The notes under the pieces were generated by a model that saw only the letters and a list, made by a program, of their open reading frames with translations, did not search any database and had not been told where the DNA came from. From the NCBI RefSeq assembly GCF_044704955.1, contig NC_091999.1, forward strand, positions 11,036,001 through 11,100,000: a DNA stretch of 64,000 bases, in the 5' to 3' direction. The DNA comes from Pristiophorus japonicus. Its lineage: Eukaryota. Below, one piece after another: positions 36,380-51,100 of this stretch (within the stretch, counting starts at the first letter, position 1; each line of letters begins with the position of its first letter). A program made the translations under genes and the position numbers.

Positions 36380-38500
36380 GTTTACTTTATCACACTTGAT
36401 AACACCTGCCCTCGCAATGTTTGATGGGAATGTGTAGAGGAAGCTTTACTCTCTAACTAACCCGTGCTGCAACTGCCCTATGAGTGTTTGATATAAAAGT
36501 GCATCGGGAACTTTCCTCTGTATTGAACGCATGTTATAACTGTCCCAGGTGTACTTGATGGGACAGTGCAGAGGGAGCTTTACCTTGTATCAAATGTGTG
36601 CTGCCTCTGCCTTAGGAGTGTTTGATGGGACAGTATAGATGGAGCTTTATTTTTTTCTAACCCCTGCTATACGTGCCCTGGGAGTGTTTGATTGGATAGT
36701 GTAGAAACATAGAAACACAGAAAGATAGAAAATAGATGCATGAGTCGGACATCGGCCCTTCGAGCCTGCACCGCCATTCAATGAGTTCATTGCTGAACAT
36801 GCAACTTCAGTACCCCATTCCTGCTTTCTCGCCATACCCCTTGATCTCCTTTGTAGTAAGGATTACATTTAACTCCTTTTAGAATACATTCATTGGATTG
36901 GCCTCAACAACTTTCTGTGGTAGAGAATTCCACAGATCCACCACTCTCTGGGTGAAGAGGTTTCTCCTAATCTCGGTCCTAAATGGCTTACTCCTTATCC
37001 TTAGACTGTGACCACTGGTTCTGGACTTCCGCAACATTGGGATCATTCTTCCTGCATCTAACCTGTCTAAACCCGTCAGAATTTTAAAAGTTTCTATGAG
37101 ATCCCCTCTCATTCTTCTGAACTCCAGTGAATACAAGCCCAGTTGATCCAGTCTTTCTTGATATGTCAGTCCCGCCATCCCGGGAATCAGTCTGCAGAAC
37201 CTTCGCTGCACTCCCTCAATAGCAAGAATGTCCCTCCTAGAGTTAGGAGACCAAAACTGTATACAATACTCCAGGTGTGGCCTCACCAAGGCCCTGTACA
37301 ACTGTAGTAACACCTCCCTGCCCCTGTACTCAAATCGACTCGCTATGAAGGCCACCATGCCATTTGCTTTCTTAATCGCTTGCTGGACCTGCATGCCAAC
37401 CTACAATGACTGATGTACCATGACACTCAGGTCTCGTTGCACCTCCCCTTTTCCTAATCTGTCACCATTCAGGTAATAGTCTGTCTCTCTGTTTTTACCA
37501 CCAAAGTAGATAACGGCACATTTATCCACATTATACTTCATCTGCCATGCATTTTCCCACTCACCTAACCTATCCAAGTCACTCTACTGCCTCATAGCAT
37601 CCTCCTCGCAGCTCACACTGCCACCCAACTTAGTGTTCTCTGCAAATTTGGAGATACTACATTTAATCCCCTCGTCTAAATCATTAATGTACAAAGTTAA
37701 CAGCTGGGGCTCCAGCACAGAACCTTGCGGTACCGCACTAGTCACTGCCTGACATTCTGAAAATTACCCATTTACTCCTACTCTTTGCTTCCTGTCTGCC
37801 AACCAGTTCTCAATCCACCTCAGCACACTACCCCTCAATCCCATGTGCTTTATCTTTGCACATTAATCTCTTGTGAGGACCTTGTCGAAAGCCTTCTGAA
37901 AGTAAAATCCATCACATCAACTGGTTCCCCCTTGTCCACTCTACTGGAAACATCCTCAAAAAATTCCAGAAGATTTGTCAAGCATGATTTCCCTTTCACA
38001 AATCCATGCTGACCTGGACTTATCCTGTCACTTCTTTCCAAATTCGCTGCAATTATATCCTTAATATTTGATTCCATCATTTTAACGACTACCGATGTCA
38101 GGCTGACCGGTCTATAATTCCCTGTTTTCTCTCTCCCTACTATTTTAAAAAGTGGTGTTACATTGGCTACCCTTCATGCCAACGGAACTGATCCAGAATC
38201 TATGGAATGTTGGAAAATTACTGTCAATGCATCCACTATTTCCAAGGCAACCTCCTTCAGCATTCTAGGATGCGGGCCATCAGGCCCTGGGGATTTATCT
38301 GCCTTCAATCCAATCAATAACCCCAACACAATTTCCCGACTAATTAGGATTTCCCTCCATTCCTCATTCTTACTCGACCGTCTGACCTCATTTATATCCG
38401 GAAGATAGACAGATATTTACTCTGTATCTAACGCCTGCTTGTCTGCCCTGGGAGTCTTTGATGGGACAGTAAAAATGGAGCATTAATCTGTATCTGTGTT
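36380..38500. repeat. ~65-bp degenerate satellite (CTAACCCGTGCTGTACCTGCCCTGGGAGTGTTTGATGGGACAGTGTAGAGGGAGCTTTACTCTGTAT-like) split by a CR1
   Basis: Tandem copies 36380-36700 resume at 38405-38500; weaker copies at ~35600-35790 and ~43090-43230. Confidence 0.75.
36702..38404 (-). mobile_element. 5'-truncated CR1 of the young family
   Basis: ORFs 36879-37394 and 37850-38080 nearly identical to the 744-aa ORF. Confidence 0.92.
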
Positions 38501-38509
38501 AGCTGTAAC

Positions 38510-41500
38510 TCATAAGAACATAAGACATAACAAATAGGAGCAAGAGTAGGCCATCTGGCCCCCTGAGCCTGCTCCGCCATTCAATACGATCATGGCAGAT
38601 CCGATCTTCTCCTGAACTCCAGTTCCCTGCCCTCTCCGCCTTACCCTTGACTCCGTTAACTTTCAAAAATCTGTCTATCTCTACCTTAATTATATTCCAT
38701 GACCCAGCCCCCACTGCTCTCTGGGGTAGAGAATTCGAACGATTCACGACACTCTGAGAGAAGTAAGTCTTCCTCATTTCCGTTTTAAATGATCGATCAC
38801 TTACTCTGAGAATATGCGCCTAGATCCAGATTCCTCCCTACGAATCATCTTCTTTGCATTTATCCTTTTCAGACCCCTCAGATTCTTATACATTTCAATA
38901 ACATCTGTTATCGGTCATCTAATCACCAATGAGTATGGGCCTAAAAGTGTACAACTTTTATTCAAATAAAAACCACTTCATATCAGGAATCAACCTCGTG
39001 AACCTTTTTTGAACAGCCTCCAATGCAAATACACCCCTCCTAAATAAGGAGTACAATACTGTATAAAGTACTCCAGGTGTGGTCTCGCCATCGTCGTGTA
39101 CAGTTTCATCTACGAGGACACCCAGATACCTCTGTAGCATCGCAGTTTGTATTCTCTCCGCATTACAATAATAATTTGCTTTTTTATTTTTCTTAACAAA
39201 TTGGATAACCTCACATTTTCGCACATTATACTCCATCTGCCAATAATTGCACACACTCACAGCCTATCTATATGCCTTTGCTGACCTTTTGCGTTCTTCT
39301 CATAACTTGCTTTCCTACCGATCATTGTATCATCAGAAAATTTGGTTAACTTATACTCAGTCCCTTCATCTTTCATTAATATAGATTGTAAATAGTTGAG
39401 GCGCCAGCACTGATGCCTGTGACACCCCACTAGTTAAAATCTGACAACCTAAAAATGACGCATTTATCCCAAATCTCTCTTTTCTGTTCTTTCTCCAATC
39501 CTCTATCCGTGCAAATGTATTACCTCCAACCTACTGAATTTTAATCTTGTGCCGTACCCTTTTATGTGGCATCTTAACGAATGCCTTCTGCAATCCAAAT
39601 ACAGGACATCAATTGGTTCCCATTCATCCACCCTGCTCGTTACCTCCATAAACAACTCCAGCAGCTTTGTCAAACATGATTCCCCTTTCATAAAACCATG
39701 CTTTACTGCATTATCGTTTTCGAAATGTCCTGTTACTCCTTCCTCAGTAATGGATTCCATCAATTTCCCAATGATAGATGTTCGGCTAACTGGTCTATAG
39801 CTTGCTGCTTTCTGTCTTTCTCATTTCTTAAATAGTGGCGTTGCATTTGCGGCTTTCCAATCCGAATGGAACTCTCCAGATTCCAGGGAATTTTGGTCGA
39901 TTACAATGAATGCATTTTCTATCTCTGCAGCTTCTTTTAAGACTCTAGGATATAGGCCACCCGGTCCAGGGCACGTCCACTTTTAGTCCCATTAGTTCGC
40001 CAAGTCCTTTTTTCTCTACCAATGGCCCCTTAATTATCAATTATTTTGATGCTTTTAGTATCTTCTACCGTGACGTCTCTGCCATTCCCTGTTTCCCATT
40101 ATTACTTTCTCAGTTTCATCCTCTCGGGGAGCAACGAGTACTTTCGCTTCGCTCTTCCTTTTTACATACCCATGGAAGATCTTGCTATCTGTTTTGATAT
40201 TTCTTGCTAGTTTACTATCATAAACTATCTACTCTGTCTTTATCGTTTTTTTGTCGTCGTTTGCTGTTTTTTTAAAAATCCAAATCCTCTGGCCTTCCAC
40301 TCCTCTTTGTAACGTTGTATGCCTTTGTTTACAATTTGATACCATCCTTTACTTCCTTATTTAGCCACAGATGTTTTGTTCTTCTCTTCGAGTCTATTTC
40401 TCTCACTGGAATATATCTTGCTGAGAGTTATGTAATATCTCCTTAAATGTTTGCCACTGCCTATCTATCATCTTATAATTTCAGATATTTTCCAAGTTAC
40501 TTTAGCCAACACTGCCTTTGGACCTTTGTAATTGCCTCAATTTAAGTTCAGGGCATGAGTTCGAGACCTTGCTTTCTCATGCTCAAATTGAATTTGAAAT
40601 TCCACCACGCTATGAACACTCTTCACAAGAGGATCCTTTAATGTGAGATTATTTAATTAATCCATTCTCATTAACCTTACCACATCAAAAATAGTCTGCT
40701 GCCTGGTTGGTTCCGCAAAGTATTGGTCTAAGAAACCATGCCGCACTCACTCTGTGAAATCTTCCTCAAGGCTACCTTTGGCAATTTGATTTGTCCAATC
40801 AATATAAAGATTAAAATCACCAATGATTATTGCCATATATTTCTTACAAGCCTCCAGTATTTCTTGATTTATACTCGTTCCAACAGTGTAGCTACTGTTC
40901 GGGGGGGGGCCTTAGCGGGGGAGGGGGGCTGTAGACTACTCCCATCAGTGACATATTTCCCTTATTATTTCTTATCTGCATCCAAACTGATTCTACATCT
41001 TGATTTTTTGAGCCATATCATTTCCCACTACTGCACTGATCACATCATTTGCTATCAGATGCACCTCGCCTCATTTTCCTTCCTGATATCTCTCTGGAAT
41101 GAAAAATCCCCTGAATATTCAGTTGCTAGCCTTGGTTATTGTGCAATCACATCTATGTAATTGCTATCAGATCAAAACCATTTATTGCAATTTGTGCCAT
41201 CAACTCAAATGTCTTGTTAGAATGCTGCGTGCATTCAGATAACACACTTTTAATTTGGTCTGTTTACCATTTTTTCCTACTCTGAGCAAACCTTCTGATG
41301 CAGTCTTATTTGTATACGCTCTGTCCCTTCTTGTCACACTCATGCTATCATTACCTTTATCGCTACTCTGTACGATTGCCTCCTCCTTTTCATTTGGCGT
41401 TACCAATTTATGCTCACCGGATGCCCCACCCCCCACTCACTTGTTTAAATTTCTATCTCAAGCAGTCGTTATCCGATTCGCTTGGACACTGTTCCCAGCG

Positions 41501-42500
41501 TTGTTCAATCGATTCCGGTCCTGGCGGAACAGCTCACTGTTACCAGTGCCCCATTAGTTGAAACCCATTTCGCCCAAGCCAGTCTTTGAGCCACGCCTTT
41601 AACTCTATGATCTGATTTACCCTATGCAAGTTTGCTCGTGGCTATGGTAGTAATCCAGCGATTATTACATTTGTGGTTCTGATTTTTAATTTTGCTCCTA
41701 GCTGCTGATACTCCCTCAGCAGCACCACTTTTTTGACATACCTATGTCATTAGTACCTATATGGACCACGGCAAGTGGATCTTTCCCCTTCCACTCTAAG
41801 TTCCTCTCCAGCACAGAGGAGGTGCACTTAAGCTTGGCACCAAGAAGGCAACACAGCCTTCGGGACACTTTCTCTCATCTGAAGAGAACAGTATATATCC
41901 CCATAACTATACTGCCCGCTACCACTACCACCTTTCTCTTTCCATCTGCACTTGAATGGTCCCCTGTACCAACGTGCTGTGGTCAGTTTGATCATCCTCC
42001 GAGCAGATCCTGCTCTCGTCCACAAATGGAGTAATAATGTCGTACCTGTTAAACAATTGCAAGGGCTGAGACTCCTTCATCAAAACATTCTGTGTCTGCA
42101 TATCTGCCTCACTCGTAGTCGCATCCTACTGGTTCTGACCACGGACTAATTCAAATTAAGGGGCGTGATTCTCTCCTGGATCATAGCGTCCAGGTAACTC
42201 TCTCCCTCCCTGATATGTCGCACTGTCTGAAGCTCGGACTGCATTTCATCAACATGGAGCCGAAGTTACTCGAGCAGCCAACACATACTGTAGATGTGGT
42301 CGCCATGGATCACATTGGTGTCCACCAGCTCCCACATGCTGGAGCTGGAACACATCGCAACACCTGCCGTCTCTAACATATTTTGAACTCCCGCTGATAG
42401 GCTCTCTCGCACTGTTATTTTACTCAATCTGGTAGGCTCTCTCGCACTGTTATTTAACTCCCACTGGTAGGCTCTCTCGCGCCTTTCTTTAACTCCCACT
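38510..42500 (-). mobile_element. Older near full-length CR1, heavily degraded
   Basis: KHGFMKGESCLT (39503-39763), CYLNARSI (41200-41436), ORF1 N-terminus CSSSSMWE (42266-42499). Confidence 0.85.
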
Positions 42501-42955
42501 GCTCAATGGGTGGCACACTCAACTCTGATTCAGAAGGTTGCTCGTCATGTCCCATTCCAGGGACTTAAGTACAGAAATATAGGCTGAAACTCTACTGTAG
42601 TGCTGAGGGTGTGTTGCACTGTCGCAGGTGCTGTCTTTCAGATGAGATGTTAAATCGAGGTCCCGTCTGCTCTCTCAGGTGGACATGAAAGATCCCATGG
42701 CACTATTTACAAGAAGAGCAGGCGAGTTATACCCGGTACCCTGGCAAGTATATATCCCTCAATCCAAATAACAAAAACAGATTTCTGATCATTATCACAT
42801 TGCTAATTGTTCGAGTTTGCTGTGCGTAAGTTATCAGCCGTGTTTCCTGCATTACAACGGTGATTACACTCCAAAAGTACTTAATTGGCTGTAAAGTGCT
42901 TTGAGACGTCCCATAGTCGTGAACGACGCTATATAAATGCAATTTGTCTTTCATT
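42500..42955 (+). mobile_element. tRNA-derived DeuSINE (SacSINE1-like)
   Basis: Deu-domain-like core CTGTCTTTCAGATGAGATGTTAAATCGAGG..CTCTCAGGTGGAC..AAAGATCCCATGGCACTATT; L2-like tail CGCTATATAAATGCAA. Confidence 0.8.
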
Positions 42956-44839
42956 ATCTGACATTTACTATACTTTCCCGATGAGAGTTATTTGCGAAAG
43001 TGCAGAGAAAGATTTCCTGTTTTGCAACATTTTCTGAACTCAATGTTTGAGTGTCTCGTGGAATGCTGTAAATATGAATCTACATTACAGTTAGTCCATG
43101 CTATATCTGACATCTGAAATTTTAGTGTGGCGGCATAAAGGAAGCTTTACCCTGCATCTCACCGCTGTTGTATGGGAACTTGGAATGGTTGGTGGGGTAG
43201 TGCAGTTGACGCATTACACTTCACTTTGGCATGTGGTAACTGATGTATAAACTGATGATCTTTCTCTGCATTTTGGCCATCAGCATTTCTACTGAATTTA
43301 CATGCATTTTGTGGAATTTATCTATCAAGCATTTTGTCCACTGCTCTCTACCTAACTTCTCCGATCGCCACATGTAATGTCCATGCAGATGACTAAAGCC
43401 ATATCGTATTATCCCGTCTGCCCACCGTGCAAATAGGAACAAAATCTGCACAAATCAGTTTAGCTCCTACATCCGGAACGATTGGGGGAATTTTAAACCA
43501 GGATAAATGGTAACAGTAAATAATGATTAATTGAAACTGTCAGCAAATCTTGACATCGGGGCACCCCGCTTTAATGCGAAGGAAAATGCGCTAAAATTAT
43601 CAGAGAAGTAATGCATGCATAGTAAAACAACATCCCAAATAAAATATTTCACTTTGAGGTTGAACGGCAAAACTTGATATTAAATTATTGAAAATTATTT
43701 TATTTACATCAGATGTTTCGCTTCTATTGAACTTGACTTATTTTGTCCAGAGTTAATTAATGGTATAACTACTGAAAATTATTGATTAGAGCAGCACGAC
43801 AATTGCTGAATCTTAAAAGGTCCTGGCTGCTGAGATCTCCCAGTAAAGCTTTGCGCTGTCCTTAACTTTTAGATATTGACTGTCTTGTCTTACATTTCAA
43901 TCACTTTCGGATTGTAATATTTCAGGGATTGCTATCCTCTCTGTTTTTTTTCCACTGTTATTCTGACTTTGCAACTTCCCTTCTCCCACTATAAAACACA
44001 CCGAGCACAGAAATGTTAACAGAAAAATTAAAATAACTGAGAATCGAAGGTAATGCTACCATATTCCACTTGACTTAATAAGCACTGAACAGAAACCGTT
44101 GCTCAGGGTTAGCAACCGCAAGAATTTTCGTCATGCAATTTATTTATTTTTATAAATATAACTGACAATCCTGCGGTTCGCTGTTTTATTCGCACTCAAG
44201 AAACTAGGTGATCAAAAGCCGTTTTGCAGGATGTGGGCAAAGAGAAAATGGAACAAAGAATTTGAGCAATTTAATGAAGCTTACTACTCTTAAACTGACC
44301 CTTTGTTTCTGATAAAATATGCCCTGATGGATCTGGGCTCAAGTGCTGCTCGTGGATTGTTGCAAAGAGCCTCGAATCCGATTCCTTTAAAGGCGCAATG
44401 CGCCATTGGCCAGGCGCCAAAGCCACTAAAATAATTAACATCATCTCTGCCAGACTGGAAGTGAGACCGCTCCAGGAGTTACAATGTATAACATGCTACA
44501 TATATTGGAACAATGACAAATGGGAAAAGACGCCCTGGTCCATACAGACTGCTGCATACGTCCCAAAATGCCAACGAAGTAATTTAAAAATATACTGTGT
44601 CATGCAGGCAACACGGTTGCCTATATTTGCATTTCAAGATCCCACAAAGAATTTAGGATAAATTTTGGCCCACGCCACCTGGGTGAGCTCTGCTAACAGA
44701 AAGTGAGGAAGTATCTCATGCATTTCTGTTTCTGGTAAAACTACCGAATGCAATAATTGGGTAAGAGCACTTTTGCATCTCGTCGGATGTAATTTCTCTA
44801 CTTCCTACTACGTCACTCACAATCTCACTCAGCAGAATA

Positions 44840-47460
44840 AAGGAGGAGAAGCACAGATGAGAGACTATGGTAGAGGTGGTCAGGTAGCCTTCGTGAATAA
44901 GGATGAAATCATGTCAATGATAAGAGGGGATATAACGAGATTTGAGCAGGTCGTGGAGACTGAATGGGTAGAAGTAAGAAACAACATGGATTTAAGGTTT
45001 TATTGGTAGTTGTTTATATGCCCCCTGGTAGTGGCTGTGAAGTGGTAGAATGTACAGATGCAGAGATTATACAATCATGGAGCAAAGGCAGAGTGGTTTT
45101 AATGAGTCATTTTATATTTCGTGCAGATTGCAATAAGCTGACCAACTAATGTTGGAAAGGTAGTGAGTGTCCTGAGTGTGTCAGGATAGTTTACTGCACA
45201 AATATGTCCTAGAACCAACAAGGTGTCATGCCAAATTATATTTAGCAACGAATAATCAGCCAGATTTAGTTAACACCCAAACGGTATATGAATAATTATC
45301 TAATAACGAGCTTAGTATGATCAAGTTCATCATAGTCTGTGAAATAGTGAAACGCGAAACAGCTACGAACATTGTAGATTTAGGTACGGCTAACTTCAAT
45401 GGAATGAGACAGAGACTGCACAGGAAACTGTGGAAATCTGTTAATGGGTGAAACGACAGAAGACCAATGTGATTTGCTCAAAATAGAATTCAATGTGACA
45501 AAAAAAAATGTTATACACCGAAGGGTTAAGAGCTGTACTTGCCAAACAAAGCTATGGATGACTCAAGAGGTAAAAGACCAGATGAAACTAGAAGAAAATG
45601 CAAACAATAAAGCAACAAATAGTTGCATGGGAAAGATGCAAAGAACAGCAAAAGTTGACAAAACAGATGGTTGAATTACAAAAAAGGAGAATGTAAGTAC
45701 ACCTTCAAGGCATATAAAAATCAACACAGTTTGTTTTATAAATATATTAAGCAAAATAGGTTTTCAGGAACAATGTGGGTCCTTTAGAAATTGATAACTG
45801 TGAAAGTGTCAACGAAAATAAGGAAATGTTGAGTATCACTTTGCGTCACTGTTTGGATAGAGCAAGTGCATAGCATTCCGGAAATACAAAGGAAATTGAA
45901 GCTGGGTCGGCAGCTCACCAAAATTAACATAAAGAAAATAATAGTAATGAATAAAAAAATTATTGGAATAAAGTGTGACAAATCCCTAGGACGATATGGT
46001 TTTCAAGTCAGGATTTTGAAGAATGTAGGTGCGAATATTGCAGATGCCCCAACTATAATCTTCAAAATTTCTCTCGATTCAGGAATTGTTCCTTTAGATA
46101 GCAAAATTGTGCATGTCACTCCGTTATTTGAGACAGGTGAGAGAGGAAAACCAGGGAATTATAGGCAAGTAACCTAACATGTGCTGACACAAAATTACTA
46201 GAATGTATAACTAAGGATAGAGAGAATGAACATCTTAAAAATGTGCAGCTGCTCAGAGACAGGTCGGTCATGTCAGACGACCCTCGTTGAATTTTTTGAA
46301 GAGGTGACTAAAGTAGTGGACAGGGAAATGTCTATGGATGTTATTTATATGGACTTCCAGCAGGAATTTGATAAAGTCTCTCATAAGTGACTGTTAGCTG
46401 AAGTTGAAGCTCGTGGAAGTGAAAACAATTTATTGACCTTGTTCGGAATTTGGCTGAGCGGCTGGAGAAAAAGACGAGGGGTAATAGTATTTTGCAAGAT
46501 CAGTGGTGGTCTCAAATATTCACCATATTTATTAACGACTTAGATGATGGGATAGAACGCAAAAAGTTTGCCGATAACACAAAGAATAGCCGCCATTGTA
46601 AGCAGGTTCGATGGAAACATAAAATTACAAGGCGATATTACTAGATTAAGCAAATGGGTAAAACAGTGGAAAATGCATTTCAATATAGGCAAATGTGGGT
46701 TCATCCACTTTTGGACCTAAAACCGCTAGAACAGGGTATGTTCTAAATGGTGAAATGGTAGAAACAATACAGGTACAAATGTTCTTGGGGGTCCATGTAT
46801 ATAGATCATTAAAATGTCATGGACAGGTGCAACATATAAACAACCCGTCTGCTGGAATGCTGGCTTTTATATCTAGAGGGCTCATATACAAGGGGGTCGT
46901 AGTTATGCTACATATGTAAAAACTCTGGTTAGGCTATACCTGAAGTACTGTGAGTAGTTCGAGGCAGCAAATCTTTGAAAGGGTATATTGGCTTTGGTAT
47001 TTGTGCAGCGTAGATTTACCAGAATAAAAACTGGACTCCAAGGATTAAATTACGATCAGAGATTGCAGAAACTAGTGCGTAATTGGCTGGAATTTATATG
47101 GTTCAGCTGTGATTTGATCGAAGTTTTCACGCTTCTAATGGTTAGATAGAGATACACTATTTCTGCTGCGTGGAGTCTCTAGGACTATGGGACAGAACCT
47201 AAAAGTTAGAGCCATGCCTTTCTGGAGTGAAGTTACGAAACATTTCGAAATGCAAGGTTTGGCTGAAGTTTGGAACTCTCTCCTGTAAACGGCAATTGTT
47301 GGCAGGTCCATTGTTCATTTTCATCTGAGATTGACAGGTTTTTGTTAACCAAATTGTTTAAGGGATATGGGGCAAAACATATGGAGTTACGTCACAGCCA
47401 TGGTCTCTTTGAATGGCGAAATATGCTGGAGGGGATAACTGAACTACTCGTGCTCCTATG
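44840..47460 (+). mobile_element. Old CR1, degraded
   Basis: VVYMPP, GKPGNYRQ, INDLDDG..FADNT remnants. Confidence 0.8.
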
Positions 47461-47914
47461 TAGATAACAACGCCCTGAACGTCAATTCTGTTTCTCAATT
47501 CACCCCTCCCTCCTCACCTCATTCCTCATGTTCAAAAAAATCGATAAATGCATAATAACTGTTGAATGTTTTTAATATTGCAAAAGAAGAAATTGAAATA
47601 ATGATAATGAGTGAACGAGAGAAAGTACGAGAGACGAGAGAAAGACTGAAATAAAGAAAGAATGTGTGACAGAAACCAAGTAAGATTTCACGTTGTGATT
47701 GCCCTATTAAATCGCCTGTTTCTCTTAATTTTTTGTGTCCATTCCCGAGATATGGGCGGCGATGACAAGGCCGGATTCTATTGGCCATCACTAGCTGCCC
47801 TTGGTGAAGGTGCCACTACAGTGATGTGAGGGAGGGACTTCCACGATTTTGACGCAGAGACAGTAAAGGAACGACAATTTACATCAAAGTCAGGCTGGCG
47901 AGCGACTTATTGAA

Positions 47915-48370
47915 TTAAAGAACGTACAGCACAGAAGGAGACCCATCGTGACTGTACTCGCTCTATGAATGAGCGATCCAATTCGGCCCACGAACCTGCT
48001 GTTTGACCATAACCCTGAATACTTTTCCAGTTCAAGTATTTCTCTAATTCCTTTTTGAAATTTATTATGCAATCTACTTCCAACACCCTTTCCGTCAATG
48101 CATTCTAGATTGTAACAATTCTCTGCATAAAAATATTCTCCTAATTTGCGCCCTGGATTTTGTTGGCCTTTTGTCGTAAATCTGTTTCGTCTGGTTATCG
48201 ACCCACATGGCAGTGGAAACAATTCCTCCCCATCTACTTTATCAAAACTCTTCATAATTTTGAACACGTTTATTAAAACTCCACTTAACCTTCGCTGCTC
48301 CAAGGACAACAATCTCCGTTTCTCTAGTCGCTCCATGGACACGATGTACCTCAACCTTTCTACACTTCTT
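47915..48370 (-). mobile_element. CR1 3' fragment
   Basis: SLEQRRLSGVLINVFKIMK in ORF 47890-48354. Confidence 0.8.
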
Positions 48371-48929
48371 GTAAAAATGCGAGATCTATTTCATCATTCC
48401 CTCAATGACAAATAGTTTTTTCTTGAGTCGCTCGATAACAGATGTCTTTACTTAGCTCTTGGGTTGGACTGTGGTTTGGTTAGGTTTTTGCTCGAGTCGA
48501 GCAATTTTGAAGTGCCATAATCCTTAGTCCGCAGCAATAGGCCGGTTTGTCTTCAGTCTCTGCTGCAGAAATTGACAAAGGGAAACTTGGTATCGATTGA
48601 AATGACGAGCATCGAATTCTCATTTCACAAAACATGCAACCTTTCCCCTGGTGATATCATGATACAAGATAAATTGCAAAGCCTACTTCGGGTACAGCTC
48701 GTACCAGTAACAATTCGGAGCGTCCGAACTGCTGTTGTAATTACAGTTCAATTGAGACTTATCTGCTTCATATACATTCATCTCATATTGAGGCTGCATT
48801 ACCAAACTGCATTGGAATTTATCTACGCAAAATGATTTAAACCATTACTTAATATACTTCTTAATTATGAAAATTCACACCAGCATAGGGAACATGTAGC
48901 ACAACATACCTATTACAATTGACATCAGG

Positions 48930-50790
48930 ACTAAAAACGGATAGTAAAAGCTTTTACAGATATATAAAACGGAAAAGAGTGATTAAAGTAAATGTTGTTC
49001 CCTTAGAAGATGAGAAGGGGGATTTAATAATGGGAAATGTGGAAATGGTTGAGATCTTAAACAATTATTTTGCTTCGATCTTCACAGTGGAATACACAGA
49101 AACCATGCCAGAAATTGCTGGTCACAAGAATGTGGGAAGGGAGGACCTGGAGACAATCACTATCACTAGGAGGGTAGTGCTGGACAGGCTAATGGGACTC
49201 AAGGTAGACAAGTCCCTGGTCCCGATGAAATGCATCCCAGGGTATTAAAAGAGATGGCGGAAGTTATAGCAGATGCATTCGTTATAATCTACCAAATTTC
49301 TCTGGACTCTGGGCAGGTACCAGCGGATTGGAAAGCAGCTAATGTAACGCCACTGTTTAAAAAAGGGGCCAGACAAAAGGCCGGTAACTATAAGCCGGTT
49401 TGTTTAACATCTGTAGTGGGGAAAATTCTTGAATCTATAATTAAGAAAGAAATAGCGGGACATCTAGATAGCAATAGTGCAATCAAGCAGATGCAGCATG
49501 GATTCAAGAAGGGGAAATCATGTTTAACTAATTTACTGGAATTCTTTGAGGATATAACGAGAATTATGGATAGAGGTGTACCGATGGATGTGGTGTATTT
49601 AGATTTTCATAAGGCATTCGATAAGGTGCCACACAAAAGATTACTGCAGAATATAAATGTATGCGGAGTCAGTGGAAATGTATTAGCATGGATCGAGAAT
49701 TGGCTGGCTAACAGAAAGCAGAGAGTCCGGATAAATGGGTCCTTTTCGGGTTGGAAATCGGTGGTTAGTGGTGTGCCACAGGGATCGGTGCTGGGCCCAC
49801 AACTGCTTGCAATATACATAGATGACCTGGAAGAGAGGACAGTGTGTAATGTAACTAAATGTGCAGATGACACAAAGGTTAGTGGGAAAGCGGGTTGTGC
49901 AGAGGACACAGAGATGCTGCAAAGAGATTTAGATAGGTTAAGCGAATAGGCTAAGGTTTGCAGATGGAATACAATGTCGGAAACTGTGAGGTCATCCACC
50001 TTGGGAAAAAAAACAAAAAAAGGGAATACTATTCGAATGGGGAGCAATTACAACATGCTGCGGTGCAGAGGGACCTGGGGTCCTTGTGCATGAATCCCAA
50101 AAAGTTAGTTTTCAGGTGCAGCAGGTAATCAGGAAGGTGAATGGAATGTTGGCGAGAGGGATGGAGTACAAAACCAGGGAGGTCCTTCTGCAACTGTATC
50201 GGGTATTGGTGAGGGCGCACCTGGAGTGCTGCATGCAGTTTTGATCACCTTACTAAAGGAAGGATATGCTGGCTTTGGAGGGGGTACAGAGACGATTCAC
50301 TAGGCTGATTCCGGTGATGAGGGGGTTACCTTATAGTGATAGATTGAGTAGACTGGGTCTTTACTCGTTGGAGTTCAGAAGGATGAGGGGTGATCTTATA
50401 GAAACATTTAAAATAATGAAAGGGATAGACAAGATAGAGGCAGAGAGGTTGTTTCCACTGGTAGGGGAGACTAGAACTAGGGGGCACAGCCTCAAAATAC
50501 GGAAGAGCCAATTTAAAACCGAGTTGAGAAGGAATTTCTTATCCCAGAGGGTTGTGAATCTGTGAAATTCTCTGCCCAAGGAAGCAGTTGAGGCTAGCTC
50601 ATTGAATGTATTCAAGTCGCAGATAGATAGATTTTTAACTAATAAGGGAATTAAGGGTTATGGAGAGCGGGCGGTTAAGTGGAGCTGAGTCCTCGGCCAG
50701 ATCAGCCATGAATTTGTTCAATGGCGGAGCAGGCTCGAGGGTCTAGATGGCCTACTCCTGTTCCTAATTTTTATGTTCTTATGTTCTTAT
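48930..50790 (+). mobile_element. 5'-truncated CR1 in the V intron
   Basis: ORFs 48919-49949 and 50266-50565 with RT motifs; tail TTATGTTCTTATGTTCTTA. Confidence 0.92.
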
Positions 50791-50794
50791 TTAA

Positions 50795-51100
50795 TACACA
50801 GCAGCATAGGCAACACACTTTACTAATTACCTATTATACAATGGCCATGAGGTGCATTCATACCAGCATGGGGAACATATTGTACTCATTACCTATTACA
50901 ATGGCCATCCGAAGCTTACACCCGAGCATAGAAAACACATTTTACGAATGACCTCTTATGCAAATGCCATCAGTAGCATGCATACCAGCAGAGGGAACTC
51001 ATTTTACAATTGCCTATTACAATAGATATCAGGAGCATTCACACCAGCATGGGTAAAACATTCCACAATATACCAATTGCAATAGACATCATTAGCTGGT
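50795..51100. repeat. ~60-bp minisatellite (CACCAGCATGGGGAACATATTTTACAATTACCTATTACAATGGCCATCAGGAGCATTCA-like), ~5 copies plus one at 48876-48930
   Basis: Visible tandem copies on both sides of the CR1 insertion. Confidence 0.85.

Noticed and set aside
43380-43460. TATTAT..CACCGTG..ACAAATCAG as a V end with RSS
   Set aside because: Spacer is 20 nt and there is no recognisable V framework upstream
44330-44632. Octamer ATTTGCAT (44625-44632) with leader-like MMLIILVALAPG on the minus strand as an embedded IgH V
   Set aside because: No splice donor, V exon or RSS found downstream
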